The position numbers and the translations under genes are program-made. From positions 92,134,341 to 92,198,340 of the forward strand of contig NC_068988.1 in NCBI RefSeq assembly GCF_001194135.2: a stretch of 64,000 nucleotides of DNA, read 5' to 3'. The notes beneath the pieces were generated by a model. That model searched no databases. It saw nothing but the letters and a program-made list of their open reading frames with translations, and was not told the origin of the DNA. Within the stretch, counting starts at the first letter, position 1. The number at the start of each line of letters is the position of its first letter. This stretch comes from Octopus bimaculoides. Its lineage: Eukaryota. This document shows positions 51,610 to 64,000 of the stretch, piece after piece.

Positions 51610-52560
51610 GGATTTAGTCTGGCCATTCTGGTCAAAGCATATGTACTCAGTGTTCCCAGCCTTCACATAAAAATTCATCCTGGAAGCTTCCTCTTCTAGT
51701 GCATGTAGTAGTTTTTCAGCATTAGCTACCTTGTCAGTAAATAACCAAAGTCATCAGCATCAGTGATCTTCCTGGCTGGATACCTCATACTCCTAACTTT
51801 CTGCAGAGTAAAACCAATGTTGCCGTGAAGAACAATAGACATATGCAAAACATAGTCTAGTTCATGATGAACAAGAAGGGTACTAGTGTATCACCATCTA
51901 GTACTCCCATAGGAATATCAAAAAAGTCTGTATCATGCTATCAGTTTTGTATTCTTATTCAGCATCATGATTGCATCCATTGTTTCTTGCGGTATTTTGT
52001 AGTTTCTCATCATGTTGGTCACCTTTCCTCAATGCACCAAATCAAAGGCCTTCAAGAAGTCCACAAAAGCAACACAGTCTCTAAGTTCCTTGTTCTCACT
52101 CCTTCAATGATTCTACTCACAGTCAATATCTGTCTGAGCATCAATTTGGTCTTTCTGAATCCATTCTAGTTTGGATGAAGAACCTTCTCAATTTCAGGGT
52201 GGATTCAACTACACAACATCATATTTTGAGAATCTAAGCAAAGACTTCCTGTCGTCAACAATCTCCTAGTGCAGAGAATTATCAAAAATGAACTTCCTAT
52301 CAAGAAAGGCCCATTCACTGAAGATGAGTATGAATTGAAGACAGTACTGAAGAGATTGAAGAGTGAGAAAGCAGCTGGTCTAGATGAAGTGCCCTCTGAA
52401 GTCTGGAAGGCAAGAAGCCGAGGCAATATTTTTCTGCAATCCTGCTGCAATGTGTGCCACTAAAGTGCAATCTGAATCTGGATAGAAAGATGCATTCTTC
52501 CATTTCCAAAGAAAAGTGACCTATCACTGACCACCAACTACAGAAGTATCACACAGCTTC
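51610..52560. mobile_element. RTE-like LINE RT fragment in two opposed segments
   Basis: 52205-51610(-): NGFRK...VDFLKAFD...GVLDGDTLVP...ITDAD; 52210-52560(+): LKSEKAAGLDEVPSEVWK...PFPKKSDL...NYRSIT. Confidence 0.8.
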
Positions 52561-53847
52561 CAATAATAATAATCATAATTCTTTCTTCTACAGACCTGCT
52601 GTGCCTAAATCAGAAACAATTGGTTTTCTCACAGTACTTTACAAGTGCTTTATTTTATTGACTCTGAAAGGATGAAAAGCTAAGTTGACCTCAGCAGGAT
52701 TTTGGTGGGATTTTAATGCAGAATGTAAAGAGCCAGAACAAATACTGAACATTTTTTCTAAAGTTCCAGTGGTTCTGCTAGTCTTCTGCTCTAGATCACT
52801 ATCATCTTAATTTTCATAGTTCTGTAGAATTTATATTGAATACTCATGTGTACAATTTTTTTCTAAAAAGTTTATCCAGTCCTAGCACATACAACCATCA
52901 AAAGTTTTTTAGAACATTATCTATCTCAGGGCGTCTGGCTAGCACCTGATGGACAATGTGTAAGTATGGCTGATGCCAAGAAACATTTCTCACAACAATA
53001 ACAATACATATGATTGCTCTAGTAAGATATGCATGTATATGTAGTATTAAAACCTGATCTCTGTCCACTTCTTTCTTTCTCAAGAATAGAGTGCATGTGT
53101 GTCTGTCTGTCATTTGACTTTTTCAATCCAAAAGGGCTTTTCAACCCAATACTTATGTGCTATTAATAACAGCTTTATATGTGCTTCAGAATCCATTCGA
53201 TGTGGTTTGCTTCCTATCTCAACTTAAGACAAAAGGTCTTGACCATGGGGTTGATAAGCTCCTGATTGAGATTGTCCTCTTCCCAGTCAAGAGGGAGGCA
53301 AATCTCCAGTGTGGGATGTGACGTGCAGGGAAATGTTCTCTGGCTCCAATCTTGCAGCTTCTGCTGCAAGCCCAGGTGTCACCACCTGTCATGCAGAGGA
53401 GAGAAACAATCAACAAATACAGGCACCTGGCTGGCTGTTGAGAGATCAGGTGTTCTAGAGGACCCTGTACTACTGGTTTCCTTTGCAAAATAGGGATAAC
53501 TGCAGCTTGTCAGAGAAATGTGCTCTGCAAGGTAGAGGGGCTGCTGCAGCAAGTGCCGCCAGCCATTCTACATAGCATCTCCATTGCTGTCATTAACATG
53601 GGGTACAACTGAGCACCCCACTTGTTCTGGGATATGTGGCCCATTTCCCCTCCCCCTCCATCTTCTACAGCTTTACCCCCTCCCCCTACTTATTTCCTTT
53701 TCTTTTTTTTCCTTCCTTATTTCTCTTCTTTCCTATGTCTTTGTATTTAATTGTTCTAATGAAACAAGTAATTCTAAATGTTAAAAAAACAACAAAAAAG
53801 AAACAATTATTTCAGTTTCTGAAAAGTTTCCAAATTATTATGGTATC

Positions 53848-53886
<39 letters not shown>

Positions 53887-55513
53887 CACACACACAAACA
53901 CATACACTTATGCATATGTGTGTGTATGTATGCATGTGTGAGTGAATGGGTTGAGGTGGCACCAATTCATATTTTCAGAAAAACAACTTGTTGCTGTTAT
54001 ACCTTTGGAGATCTCGTGTAGTGAAATATATAACTGTACTGTTTGTCTCTAATGATGTATCCAGGTGAAGTGCAGCTGATATGATTGCGATATGTCATAT
54101 GCACAGCATGTTCCTCTCAACTATTTCAACATTAAGTGAAGTCTAACTATAGTAGAAACATTTTACTACATCAATAGATCCAACTTCTTTCAAAACAGAC
54201 CAGAACTTCATCTACTTAAAGACTAATTCCAATTACAAGGTCTCAGCTTTTAAGTTTACTGGCATTATCTGCCATAATGTCTCTAAAACATTATTCTAAG
54301 ACATAGTTTTGTCTGTAAAGTAGAATATATAAACAACTACAAAAAAAAAATCCAATATTGTGGTTTAATTTCATTTTCCTTTGTGTGTTTAGTTCTCATG
54401 CTTGCATGGCTAAGACTGGTTAGTTTATTTAAAACCAAGTTGACAACTTGAGAGACATATCTAGTAAAGAAAAAAAAATAGGTTCGCTTTTGTTTTCATG
54501 CATGGAAGGAATTGAAATATTACTGAGAAATATTTCTCAGAAAATATTTTGGTTGAAAAACTTATAATCATTATAGTAATGTCTACACAAAAATGTCTCT
54601 TCTAAGAGAGCCATTGCTATATTTTAGTGTCTTCCAGCTTCCCAGTGGACTTTTTATTAACGTGCAAAGATTGTTTTCTGCCACAGTATTATTGGAAAAG
54701 TAAAATTCTTTCTCAAGATTTATGGCATCTGGGAAGTTGTTTTCGGTTGCGTAGACTTTCTATCGAATAGACTCTTCTGAAGGCAGTCAAGTGACTGTAA
54801 TTCAGCCACCATGGCTACCAACAATAACTTTAACCTTTAGAAATGATCAATACAAGCTACAACTACATATTTTAATAACAAGGTAGGTTGTTTTTTTCTC
54901 CACCATAACCTTTCTCTTTTCTTAATTTTTTTTTTTTTTCTCAATTTTCCCACACTTAACAGATTTATTCTTTTTTTAATCTGCTTCATTTTTCTTTTCT
55001 TATCTGAAATATCAGGACATTTTTCATTCTTCATTTCAAGAGAGTTCTATCCACCATGTTTACCTAGTTTAATCACTTCGATTTGCTAGTTTCAGTGGAA
55101 AATATTTGGTATTCACTTTTTCTTTGTGGAAGCTGGTTATTTAGTCTGCTTTGGTATACTTCGTAATATAACTAAATTTTGTTTTAAATGCATCTCTTTT
55201 TTCTTGTTGTTATGTGTTTTTATCAAATTTAATCATGTAACAATTTAAAATTCTACCTGAATCCCTAACAAACACAACTTATTATTTACTATTTGAAAAG
55301 ACGTTCTCATTTCTTCTCTCTCCAAAAAATTTCCCTGTATGTAAAGTTTCTTTCTGAAAACAAGACTAAGTGCCTGCAGTATAATTCCCACACTAAAACA
55401 ATATATACCTTTAACAATACAATTATCTCCCTCATATCATCATCATTAATGCTGTTGTTATATGTGTTACACAAATATATATATATATATTTATATGTGT
55501 GCGTGTGTGTATA

Positions 55514-56185
55514 TATATATGTATATGTATTAGGTGCAGGTGTGTGGATGTGTGGTAAGAAGCTTGCTTCTCGACCACATGGTCCTGGGTTCAGTCTCAC
55601 TGTGTGGCACCTTGGGGAAGGGACTTTTGCTATCGCCTCAGGCTGACCAAAGCCTTGTGAGTGGATTTAGTAGATAGAAACTGAAAGAAAATGGTGAGCT
55701 GGCAGAAACGTTAGCACACCGGCGAAATGCTTAGCGGTATTTCATCTGCCGTTACGTTCTGAGTTCAAATTCCGCCGAGGTCGACTTTGCCTTTCATCCT
55801 CTCAGGGTCGATAAATTAAGTACCAGTTATGCACTGGGATCGATGTAATCAGCTTGATCCCTTTGTCTGTCCTTGTTTGTCCCCTCTATGTTTAGCCCCT
55901 TGTGGGCAATAAAGAAATAGGAAACTGAAAGAAGACTATTGTATAGATATGTATGTATGTGTGTGTGTGTGTGTGTATGTGTGTGTCTTTGTATCTATAT
56001 TTGTCTCCCATCATCATTTAACAACCGGTGTTAGTGTGTTTGCGCCACCTTGACTTAGCAGTTCAGCAATGGAGACTGATAGAATAGGTACTAGGCTTAA
56101 GAAATGAGTCTTGGGTTGATTTGTTCGACTAGAGCCTCTCAAAGCGGTGCTCCAGCATGGCTGCAGTCAAATGACTGAAGCAAGA
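55514..56185 (+). mobile_element. SINE family A with nested family B SINE (55690-55920)
   Basis: 13-bp TSD GAAACTGAAAGAA at 55677-55689 and 55921-55933. Confidence 0.88.
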
Positions 56186-56250
<65 letters not shown>

Positions 56251-57114
56251 CGTGCGCGCGTGTGTGTGTTGTTCCTTGTCATAATAGACTCAGACTTTGA
56301 TACTCCTTTAATTTTGAAGGGTTCCAATACATGAATCTTTCATGGATTCTTTTTGTCCTTTCTTTCTCTATTTATATTTGTAATTCATTTGAACTCATCA
56401 AGTCACACACACACATTTCTCACCATCATCATTATTTAATGTCCGTCTTCCATTCTGGTATGGGTTGGATGATTCGAGAGGTGCTGACAAGCAAGAGGAC
56501 TGAGGTATGCTCCAATATCTGTTTGGCATGATTTTGACAGCTGGATGTCCTTTCTAATGCCAACCGCTTTATAACTTGCACTAGGTGCATTTTATATGGC
56601 ACTGGCACCAGTGAGGTCACCAAGCAACTTGCAAAACAAGACCCTTCAGCTGTGGGCCTGTAGAATTAGGGGAGGTGGCTTTATGCATGTGCATGTGTCA
56701 TCATCATCATTGTTTAACGTTGGATAGCTTGACAGTAGGTGGCCAGGTAGGAGCTTGCACCAGACTTCTCTGTTTTGGCAAGGTTTTTACAGCTGGATGC
56801 CCTTCCTAACACCAACAAATTAGGACCCTTGGTGTTCTTCACCTGAGTGTGTGTATGTGTGTGCGTGTGTTGAGAGAGAGAGAGAGAGAGAGAGAGATAA
56901 AGGTATGGCTTATTTATCCTTTCTCCTTTATGACTCTTTTACTGTCTATTTTTCTGTCATTTTGCATTTTATTCTGTGTATTGCGCTTCCACTTTTGGCT
57001 TTCATTACTGTGTTTCTTTATTTGATTTATATGTCTGCTTTTTGTCCACTCATTTACTTTTTTACAAGCTTATTGTATACACTACTCCTGAGCATTGCAT
57101 ACAATAAGCTCAAT

Positions 57115-57248
57115 AATCTGCCAGAATTGTTAGCACACCGAGCAAAATGTTTAGTGGCATTTCGTCTGTCTCAATGTTCTAAATTCAAATGCTGCCATGG
57201 TCAACTTTGCCTTTCTTCTTTATGGGGTTGGTAAAATAAGTACCAGTT
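57115..57248 (+). mobile_element. Family B SINE, 5' part (3' part at 59662-59745)
   Basis: ...aaaataagtacCAGTT is continued by CAGTTgaacagtggggtcgat on the far side of the Gypsy element. Confidence 0.8.
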
Positions 57249-59661
57249 TGTTATGATGAGAGTCATGGCGCACCTTGTGAGAAATAGACTGGACTGAGGG
57301 ATTATAAATAGTAGTGGTCGAAGTGAAGTTTGGGTGTTAGTTTGAGTTGAGTTTGCAGTGAAGTCAGAAAGTGTCAGTTGGTTAGTTCGTTTGGAATATT
57401 GATTGTTGCTTCGTGAAGAGATTGTTGGATCATTACGTTGTTATTATGGCTGTATCATTATCTTGTTTACTGTTACAAGACTGGTTCAGTGTATCTAAAG
57501 CATCCGTCACAATATCATGGCAGTACCATGACATTGGAGATGGAGGATACAACATCTGGCGACAAGAGTTTCGAAGCTCACATAGATTATTTAGCAATTT
57601 ATTTGTGATACAACTTGTTAAATGATGGAAAATCTATTAGCTTCTATAATATAGTTACAAATGCAACAACAAAACAGCAACAGGATTTTCAGAAGCAACT
57701 AGTACAACAGAAGCAACTAGCAACAACTACAACAGCAACAATTATTGGAGCTATGCACAAAGAAGTCTGAAAATGCGGTAAGTTCATTTTCGCCAGACGG
57801 CATATTAAACTCCATAACAGAATTCAGTTATAACCCAGAGGAGGGTATAACTTTTGCAATGTATTGCAGAAGGTACGAGGAGATTTTTAAGGAAGATTGC
57901 AAAACAAGGTCAGATGAAGAAAAAGTAAGGTTATTATTACTTAAATTAGCTCCACCTGAGCATGAACAATACTGTAATTTCATATTGCCCAAAAAGTCTA
58001 GTGAAATTTGTTTTCAAGAAACAAATTACTGTCTAATATGTCCGGTGATAAAACTTATCTATTTAACACTCAAATGGAGTGTTGGAATTTAGCTAAAAAA
58101 GAGAATGATGACTTTATTACGTATCCAGGAACAATCAGCTGAATGTGTGAAAGTTTTAAACTTAAAGAACTTACTCCTGAGATGTTTAAGTGCCTCGTTT
58201 TTGTACAAGGCCTTACAGCAAATGAAGATAGAGAAATACAGGCAAGAATTCTTTCAAGACTTGAACAAGTGAACCGAGATTTAACTCTGCAGACTGTTGC
58301 AGAAGAGTGTCAAAGAATGGTAAACCTGAAACACAACATAAGAAAAATTCAAGAAAAGGATTTCGCAAAAATAAAGACATGTTGACTGAGAAAGTATTAC
58401 CAAAGAAGATGGCAAGGTTCTAATCCATGTTATGGATGTGGCAGCCTAGATTTTAGAAAAGATTGTCCTTTTAAAAACCAAAAATGTTACAGTTGTCAAA
58501 AATTTGGACACATAAGTTCATACTACAGAACAAAAGTACGAAGGTCAAATGCAAAAATTTTAAAGTACTCTCAGCAGAAAGTAAAATCGACTGCCAAATT
58601 AAGGAAATTTGTACATGTAAAAGTAAATGGAGTAAATATTAAATTACAACTGGATACTGGTAGTGACATTTCAATCTTTAACACTGACATGTAGAAGAAA
58701 ATAGGGAAACCTATGTTAAGAAAAACAGCACATGGCATGACGGATGACAAACTACACTTTGTAGGCAAAATGTGGAATTGTGGCATATTTCGAGGAAAAA
58801 CTTGCAAGGCGAAAGTTTTTGTCGTAAAGAATGCAACCAATCTATTTGGTACTGACTAGTTGGAGTTATTTGACTTATTGGATCTCCCAATAAGCTAGTA
58901 CTGTAAAAAATTAAATGACTGCTCCACTAGTGAAAAAAACTCAGCAGCTGAATTGAAGAAAAAAATTAATTAAAAATGTTATGTGTAATATTATCCACAA
59001 ACTGCCAGTGACAGCTCATGATATAAAAATAAAATCTCTAGAGGATAAATGAAAGAAATGTTGAAAAATAAACGAAATAAAAATACAAATTCGAATAATT
59101 TTTCACTGTGCAATGATGTTTTAGTGTATGCTCAAAGAGTGGTAGTGCCAACTGCACTACAGAAATGAGTATTGCAGGAATTTCTCAGTGGACCCCCAAG
59201 AATGTTGAGAATGAAAGCCTTAATAGGGAGCTATGTATATTGGCTGATAGTGGACCAGAATGTTGAAAATTGTGTAAAATCAGGTAGAGGTTGTGCACTA
59301 GCAGCCAAAGCGCCACTGGTGAAATGCCAATCGTGGCCTGAGATGAATAAAAAAAAAAGCAAGGAATGACATAGATAATGATGAAGTGCTAATGAAATTC
59401 TTGAGGGTATATAGCGTAACACCCAATCTGAATATCAGTTCGGGAAAGTCTCTAGCGGAGTTTAGGAAAGTCTCTGTGTGAAACATAAAATCGATCTTTG
59501 ATAAATTATTTAGAGGAAAGAATACATTTAAAGGAAATACAGAAAAGGTAACAAAACATTTCAAAGTAGGAGATAAAGTTCATTTTAAAATTTACAAAAA
59601 TGATAAAGAAGGCTGGGAGGATAGTTTCGTAACTAAAAGATTGGAGACAGAGGATACAACA
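57249..59661 (+). mobile_element. Ty3/Gypsy LTR retrotransposon, internally deleted
   Basis: LTR TGTT(57249)...AACA(57554), PBS-like TCTGGCGACAAGAG, gag with Cys knuckles, protease LQLDTGSD (58653), integrase Zn-finger-region and C-terminal remnants, last 21 bp of the 3' LTR, TSD CAGTT. Confidence 0.9.
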
Positions 59662-59744
59662 CAGTTGAACAGTGGGGTCGATATCATTGGCTTACCTCCT
59701 CTCCCAAAATTGCTAACTTTGTGCCAAAATTTAAAACCATTATT

Positions 59745-59747
59745 ATT

Positions 59748-59794
<47 letters not shown>

Positions 59795-59850
59795 TATTAT
59801 TTTTATTATTATTATTAGTAGTAGTAGTAGTAGTAGTAGTAGTTATAATA
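59745..59850. repeat. Compound (CAT)n(TAT)n(TAG)n microsatellite at SINE tail
   Basis: Direct reading. Confidence 0.9.
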
Positions 59851-60199
59851 AGGAGATGATAAAATCAGTGCACTTCTACTGAAAGCTTGGCTTGCACGAA
59901 TGTAATGCATTTTAAAAAATCATGGTATTAGACTAAGGTTTAAGAATTTGTGTGTGTGTGTGTGTGTGTGTGTACCTGTATTTTGTGTAATCCTAATAAA
60001 TATTTTCAATATTTCTGTCTAGATCTTTAGATATCTTTAAACTGTTTTAATGGTAATATTTTTTTTTCTGCTGTGTATAATATATCAATTAGGTGCAAGT
60101 AATATTTCTTTGATCTTTGTTAATTATATATGCTCTGTCACTCTTTAAACTTAGCTTCAGTCTAGTAGCATAAGTTCTGGAAAATCTCACATTTAAGGA

Positions 60200-60830
60200 C
60201 CTTTACTATTTGAGAAACCTGTTGGTGATTGCTATAAGCTTTAGAACTGGAAAAATTTTAGCAATGGGTAGGGTGATGTGCACTTGAAACAGAAGTTGCT
60301 CCAAGAATATTTGACTGAGGAATTTCCTGTTGGCCGACTTTCATCTTAAGAGCTGTTGTATTTTCTGGTAAAACTAAGATGATTTATTATTGTTAAAACT
60401 TCTTCTCAAGGCAGTTATTGGCAGCAACATCTTTGAAACAATTCAGTTCTGCTACATAGTCTTTCAGCTTCTGAAATGCTAAGTTAATTGTAGGGGTTAT
60501 ATGACAAGTTTGTATGTACATTGAATGCTCAACTCTAATAGCTTTTATGCTAAAATGTGATTTGGGCTTGCATGAACTAAAAGCCACTGATTTTAGAAAC
60601 CTGTGACAGATATTTTCTCTAAGGTATTGAATTCAATCATCTTCAGACCATCAGAGAGCATACCACTGACATGAACAGTGAATGTAGCTGCCTCTACAAA
60701 ACGCCTCTGCCTATGGAATCATCAACCATATCAAAGGTCCTCATTGGATTATTCAGGGGTTTACTTCACTAAGTGTCCAAGGCTTTCAGTATGTTCACCA
60801 TGAAAAAACTAGAGTACTTAGGATAAACTT
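60200..60830 (-). mobile_element. Very old LINE RT-like relic
   Basis: FMVNILKALDT* resembles the D..KAFD motif; the rest is barely alignable. Confidence 0.3.
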
Positions 60831-62866
60831 TGCTTACAAGAAAACAAAATGCATGGAATATGTTGTTTTCTTTTTCTTTTCTTTTTTTTCTTCAAGTGCT
60901 TGCATGTTTATTTTTAGTGGGATCACCAATTTGGTTGTCTTGCATTAAATGGAAGTTCAAACAAGAAGACCAGAATGAATATAATCATTATTCACACAAC
61001 CCTATGATGGAATGCAAATGAATGTGAATTAGCAGAATTGGCAACTCTAATTCATGAAGTTTTAAGTCCAGAGCATCATCAAGACAATCCCTCCGGGTTG
61101 ATGAGAATTATTACCAAGCAGCTCTGTGTGATTTGGTCTGCTCTCAGATGTGCAGGGGATGAAGATATCTGGTACAACTCTTATGAGATGAGAAGAATTT
61201 AATTCATATCTGGCAAAGCCCAGGAGAACTGTGTGATCATGTGACACACAACATTATGTGGCTTCCTTGAATACGCTTTGACTGCTACTGTGTAAGGTGT
61301 TGTTGGGGGAAGTTTGGCCTCCAATCCCACTGTACCAATAACTTATATATCTTGGGAGGCAGCATGGATTGGTGCCACCTGATCTTCGTATGTACTTGCT
61401 TCCATGGTCACATGAAGCCTGTCACTGGAGCTGAGAGAGGAATCTTGTTGAATGACCATTTTTCTCAATTCATTTGCCAACCACTTTACCGAGTATACAG
61501 GAAGTATTTTATCATGGCACCGACACTAGAGAAGTTGCATAGTATTTTACAAGCTGGGTGATAAGATGTTAGGAGAGAGAAAGTAATGGAAGAGAGACAA
61601 TGATAGATACATATTGGCTGTTGGTCACAAAGATGAATGTAAAATAATGTTGGCAGTGTGACGAAAATGAGTTGTCATAAGTTAGAGGGAGCAGATGATG
61701 GATAGCAAAAAAATAGAGAAAGGCAATAATAAGTTAGAGTACGAGATGACAATGAATGATCATATATGTTGTGGTAAGGGAGACCAAGTGAATAATAGGG
61801 AGGTGGATGGGAGGTGGAAAGTGATAATGTCAATAAAGCAATGTAGAGAGGTTGGCAGCAGAAAGTATTGAATAGAGACATGCCTTGTTGCTCAGGCATT
61901 GTAATAAAAGAAAAAAATGATGCTGACTATTAGGTGAGGTAAAACAATAATGGGTAACGGTGGTGAAATTCAATGTGAACAAATAAAGTATCATCCCTCA
62001 TTACACAGGCAAAATGAAGATGAGAGACAAATGATTGGGAGTATTGAATATGGATAGTTCTGGTGCCATCCCTCCATTAATTACACTGTGTAACATTATT
62101 TCCTATTTGCTTACCACTAGAAAGTATGAAAAATGGCTAATATTTCTTGCAAACTTTGCTTTTGCTACTTTTATTCAAACCCCAAAGACTCCCTCTCAAC
62201 ACATGGCCTTGATGCTCTCCTACTACTCCTGCTCATGATCAGAGATGTACATATTGTCAGCCACTAAAGGGCATGCTCAAGTGGTTATGGTCAAGCAACT
62301 GACATGCAAATCTGTGGTACTGAACAGAATATTTGCTATAATATTTCTGCTTCAGCAACCCAGTGCTGAATCTGTATGAAATATAATGGAAAGTAGGTCA
62401 GTTTCAATAGGAAATGACACATACTGACCAAAGACATGCTATACATGATGGAAGTAAGGTAGAGTGCTAAGAATATGAAGGTGAAAGAGAGAGATAGAGA
62501 GATAATGTCAACCTTCGTTATACAGTGGCATATTGAATAGGGTAAAGGAAAAGTGACAGGAGAAGTTAATGAAGAGGTCAGTAGATGAAGACAACATGAA
62601 TATAATGAGTGAAAGATCCATTGTATATACATACAGTATTATACAACTCAACCATCATCACCACCACTACTCCTCCCACCACTTTTTCTTTCCATGCTTG
62701 CATTGAGGTACAGGTTTTTCCAGCATAGTATGTTACCAATTATCACCATTCGTTATCATCTCCATTGTGAGGTTCAGCTTCTTGTTATCAGTCTTCACCA
62801 CTTCATCCCTTGCAAATATCACCTGCATATACGTACTGTACATATAATACATTGACAAATAGATTG

Positions 62867-62905
<39 letters not shown>

Positions 62906-63641
62906 TATGCATTTGTATGTATGATATCGTCACCATTGTACGTCTGCTCTCTCTACTGGCATGGGTAGCACCACAGCTTGTTCCAATGTCTCATTTTTGG
63001 TATCGTTCCTATGACCCAATGCCCTTATTAACACCATTACAGAGTGTATTTTCTGTGTTTTTTTGTCACCAGTACCATAGAGGTTGCCTTACTATCAACA
63101 GGACGGAAGAGCCCTCTCAAGCCCTGCAGTATCACTGTTTGAATCAATTACTAATCACATAGAGCATGCTGGGTGCTTCATGTGTCACCAACACTGTTGG
63201 GGGTGCCTTACCACTTGTAAAGCTAAGGAGAGCACTTTCCCACTCAAGCATCATGTGATTCAAGAGGAAAGAAAAGAGAAAGAAAGGGTAGTAAGATATA
63301 AGTGGTGGGGATATGGAAGAAGGAGATATTCAGTGTGCACTAATTGAGTACTTTCCTCTTAATTATGGGTGTCATGACACAGTGAGTAAAGGAAATGGGG
63401 GAGTCTAGAATAGGCACAGTAGTTAGGGGAGTGGATGATGGTGGGCTATGAGGATATAGAATGGACAACAGGTGGGTAGAGATGCATACAAACAATAATA
63501 TATAAGTAAGAGAGTGGGTGTGCTCTAAGATTAAATGAAGGGTTGGATCTTCTGAAGCACTATGTAACATCAATCAACAAGGTCTTCATATCTTGAGATC
63601 ATTTTTCACCACTTTATCCTAAGTATTTCTCATGCTCGTTA

Positions 63642-63671
63642 TCTATATATATAAAAATGAGAATGTGTGTG

Positions 63672-63702
<31 letters not shown>

Positions 63703-64000
63703 GTGAATCCCTAAAACTCGAGAACTACGCAACCAATTTCATTCAAATTTTACACATGCCTTACTTAGGGTTCCAGTTGTGTTTTAGTCAAAAAAAATTA
63801 TTAACTTCTTGCAGAGTTCGAGCACACGGCAACATAATATCTCCTCCACTATTTAAGTATTACGTGTCAAAAGTGAAACAAAAACACTCATGCCAAATAC
63901 TTTCACTTTAAAAATGAAACTATTCCACTAACTGAAACAATCACATTTCGATACTGTAGTGACAGATACTTTCACAGAGAGAGAAAGAGAGAAAGAGAGA
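63642..64000 (+). mobile_element. Non-autonomous Helitron-like element, 5' end (runs out of window)
   Basis: A|TCTATATATATAAAAATGAGAATG followed by (GTCT)n, the usual start of non-autonomous Helitrons. Confidence 0.65.

Noticed and set aside
54560-55150. Possible decayed transposase on the minus strand
   Set aside because: Only vague similarity across several frames; no diagnostic motif.

Overview
AT-rich animal genomic DNA from a short-read assembly. It has 8 N-gaps, and most of them abut TA/CA microsatellites. The repeat content (tRNA-headed SINEs with CORE/Nin-like domains, RTE LINEs with (GAT)n tails, TTAA-flanked MITEs) points to an octopus or other coleoid cephalopod; this is an inference from recognition, not a database result. 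Almost everything interpretable is a mobile-element relic: RTE, BovB-like and CR1 LINEs, a full-length mariner, Tc1 fragments, a Chapaev-like transposase, a TSD-bounded but triply deleted Ty3/Gypsy, a Helitron-like 5' end and more than 30 SINE pieces. No host protein-coding gene could be identified; only a few weak exon candidates exist. The most striking structure is a ~520-bp foldback element (47891-48412) bounded by a probable TSD. It consists of two back-to-back tRNA-like Pol III heads, each followed by a minimal type I hammerhead-ribozyme motif of the Penelope-like kind. A second, unrelated hammerhead motif lies at 27607-27705. Coordinates of decayed repeats are approximate, and all folding and alignment was done by eye.
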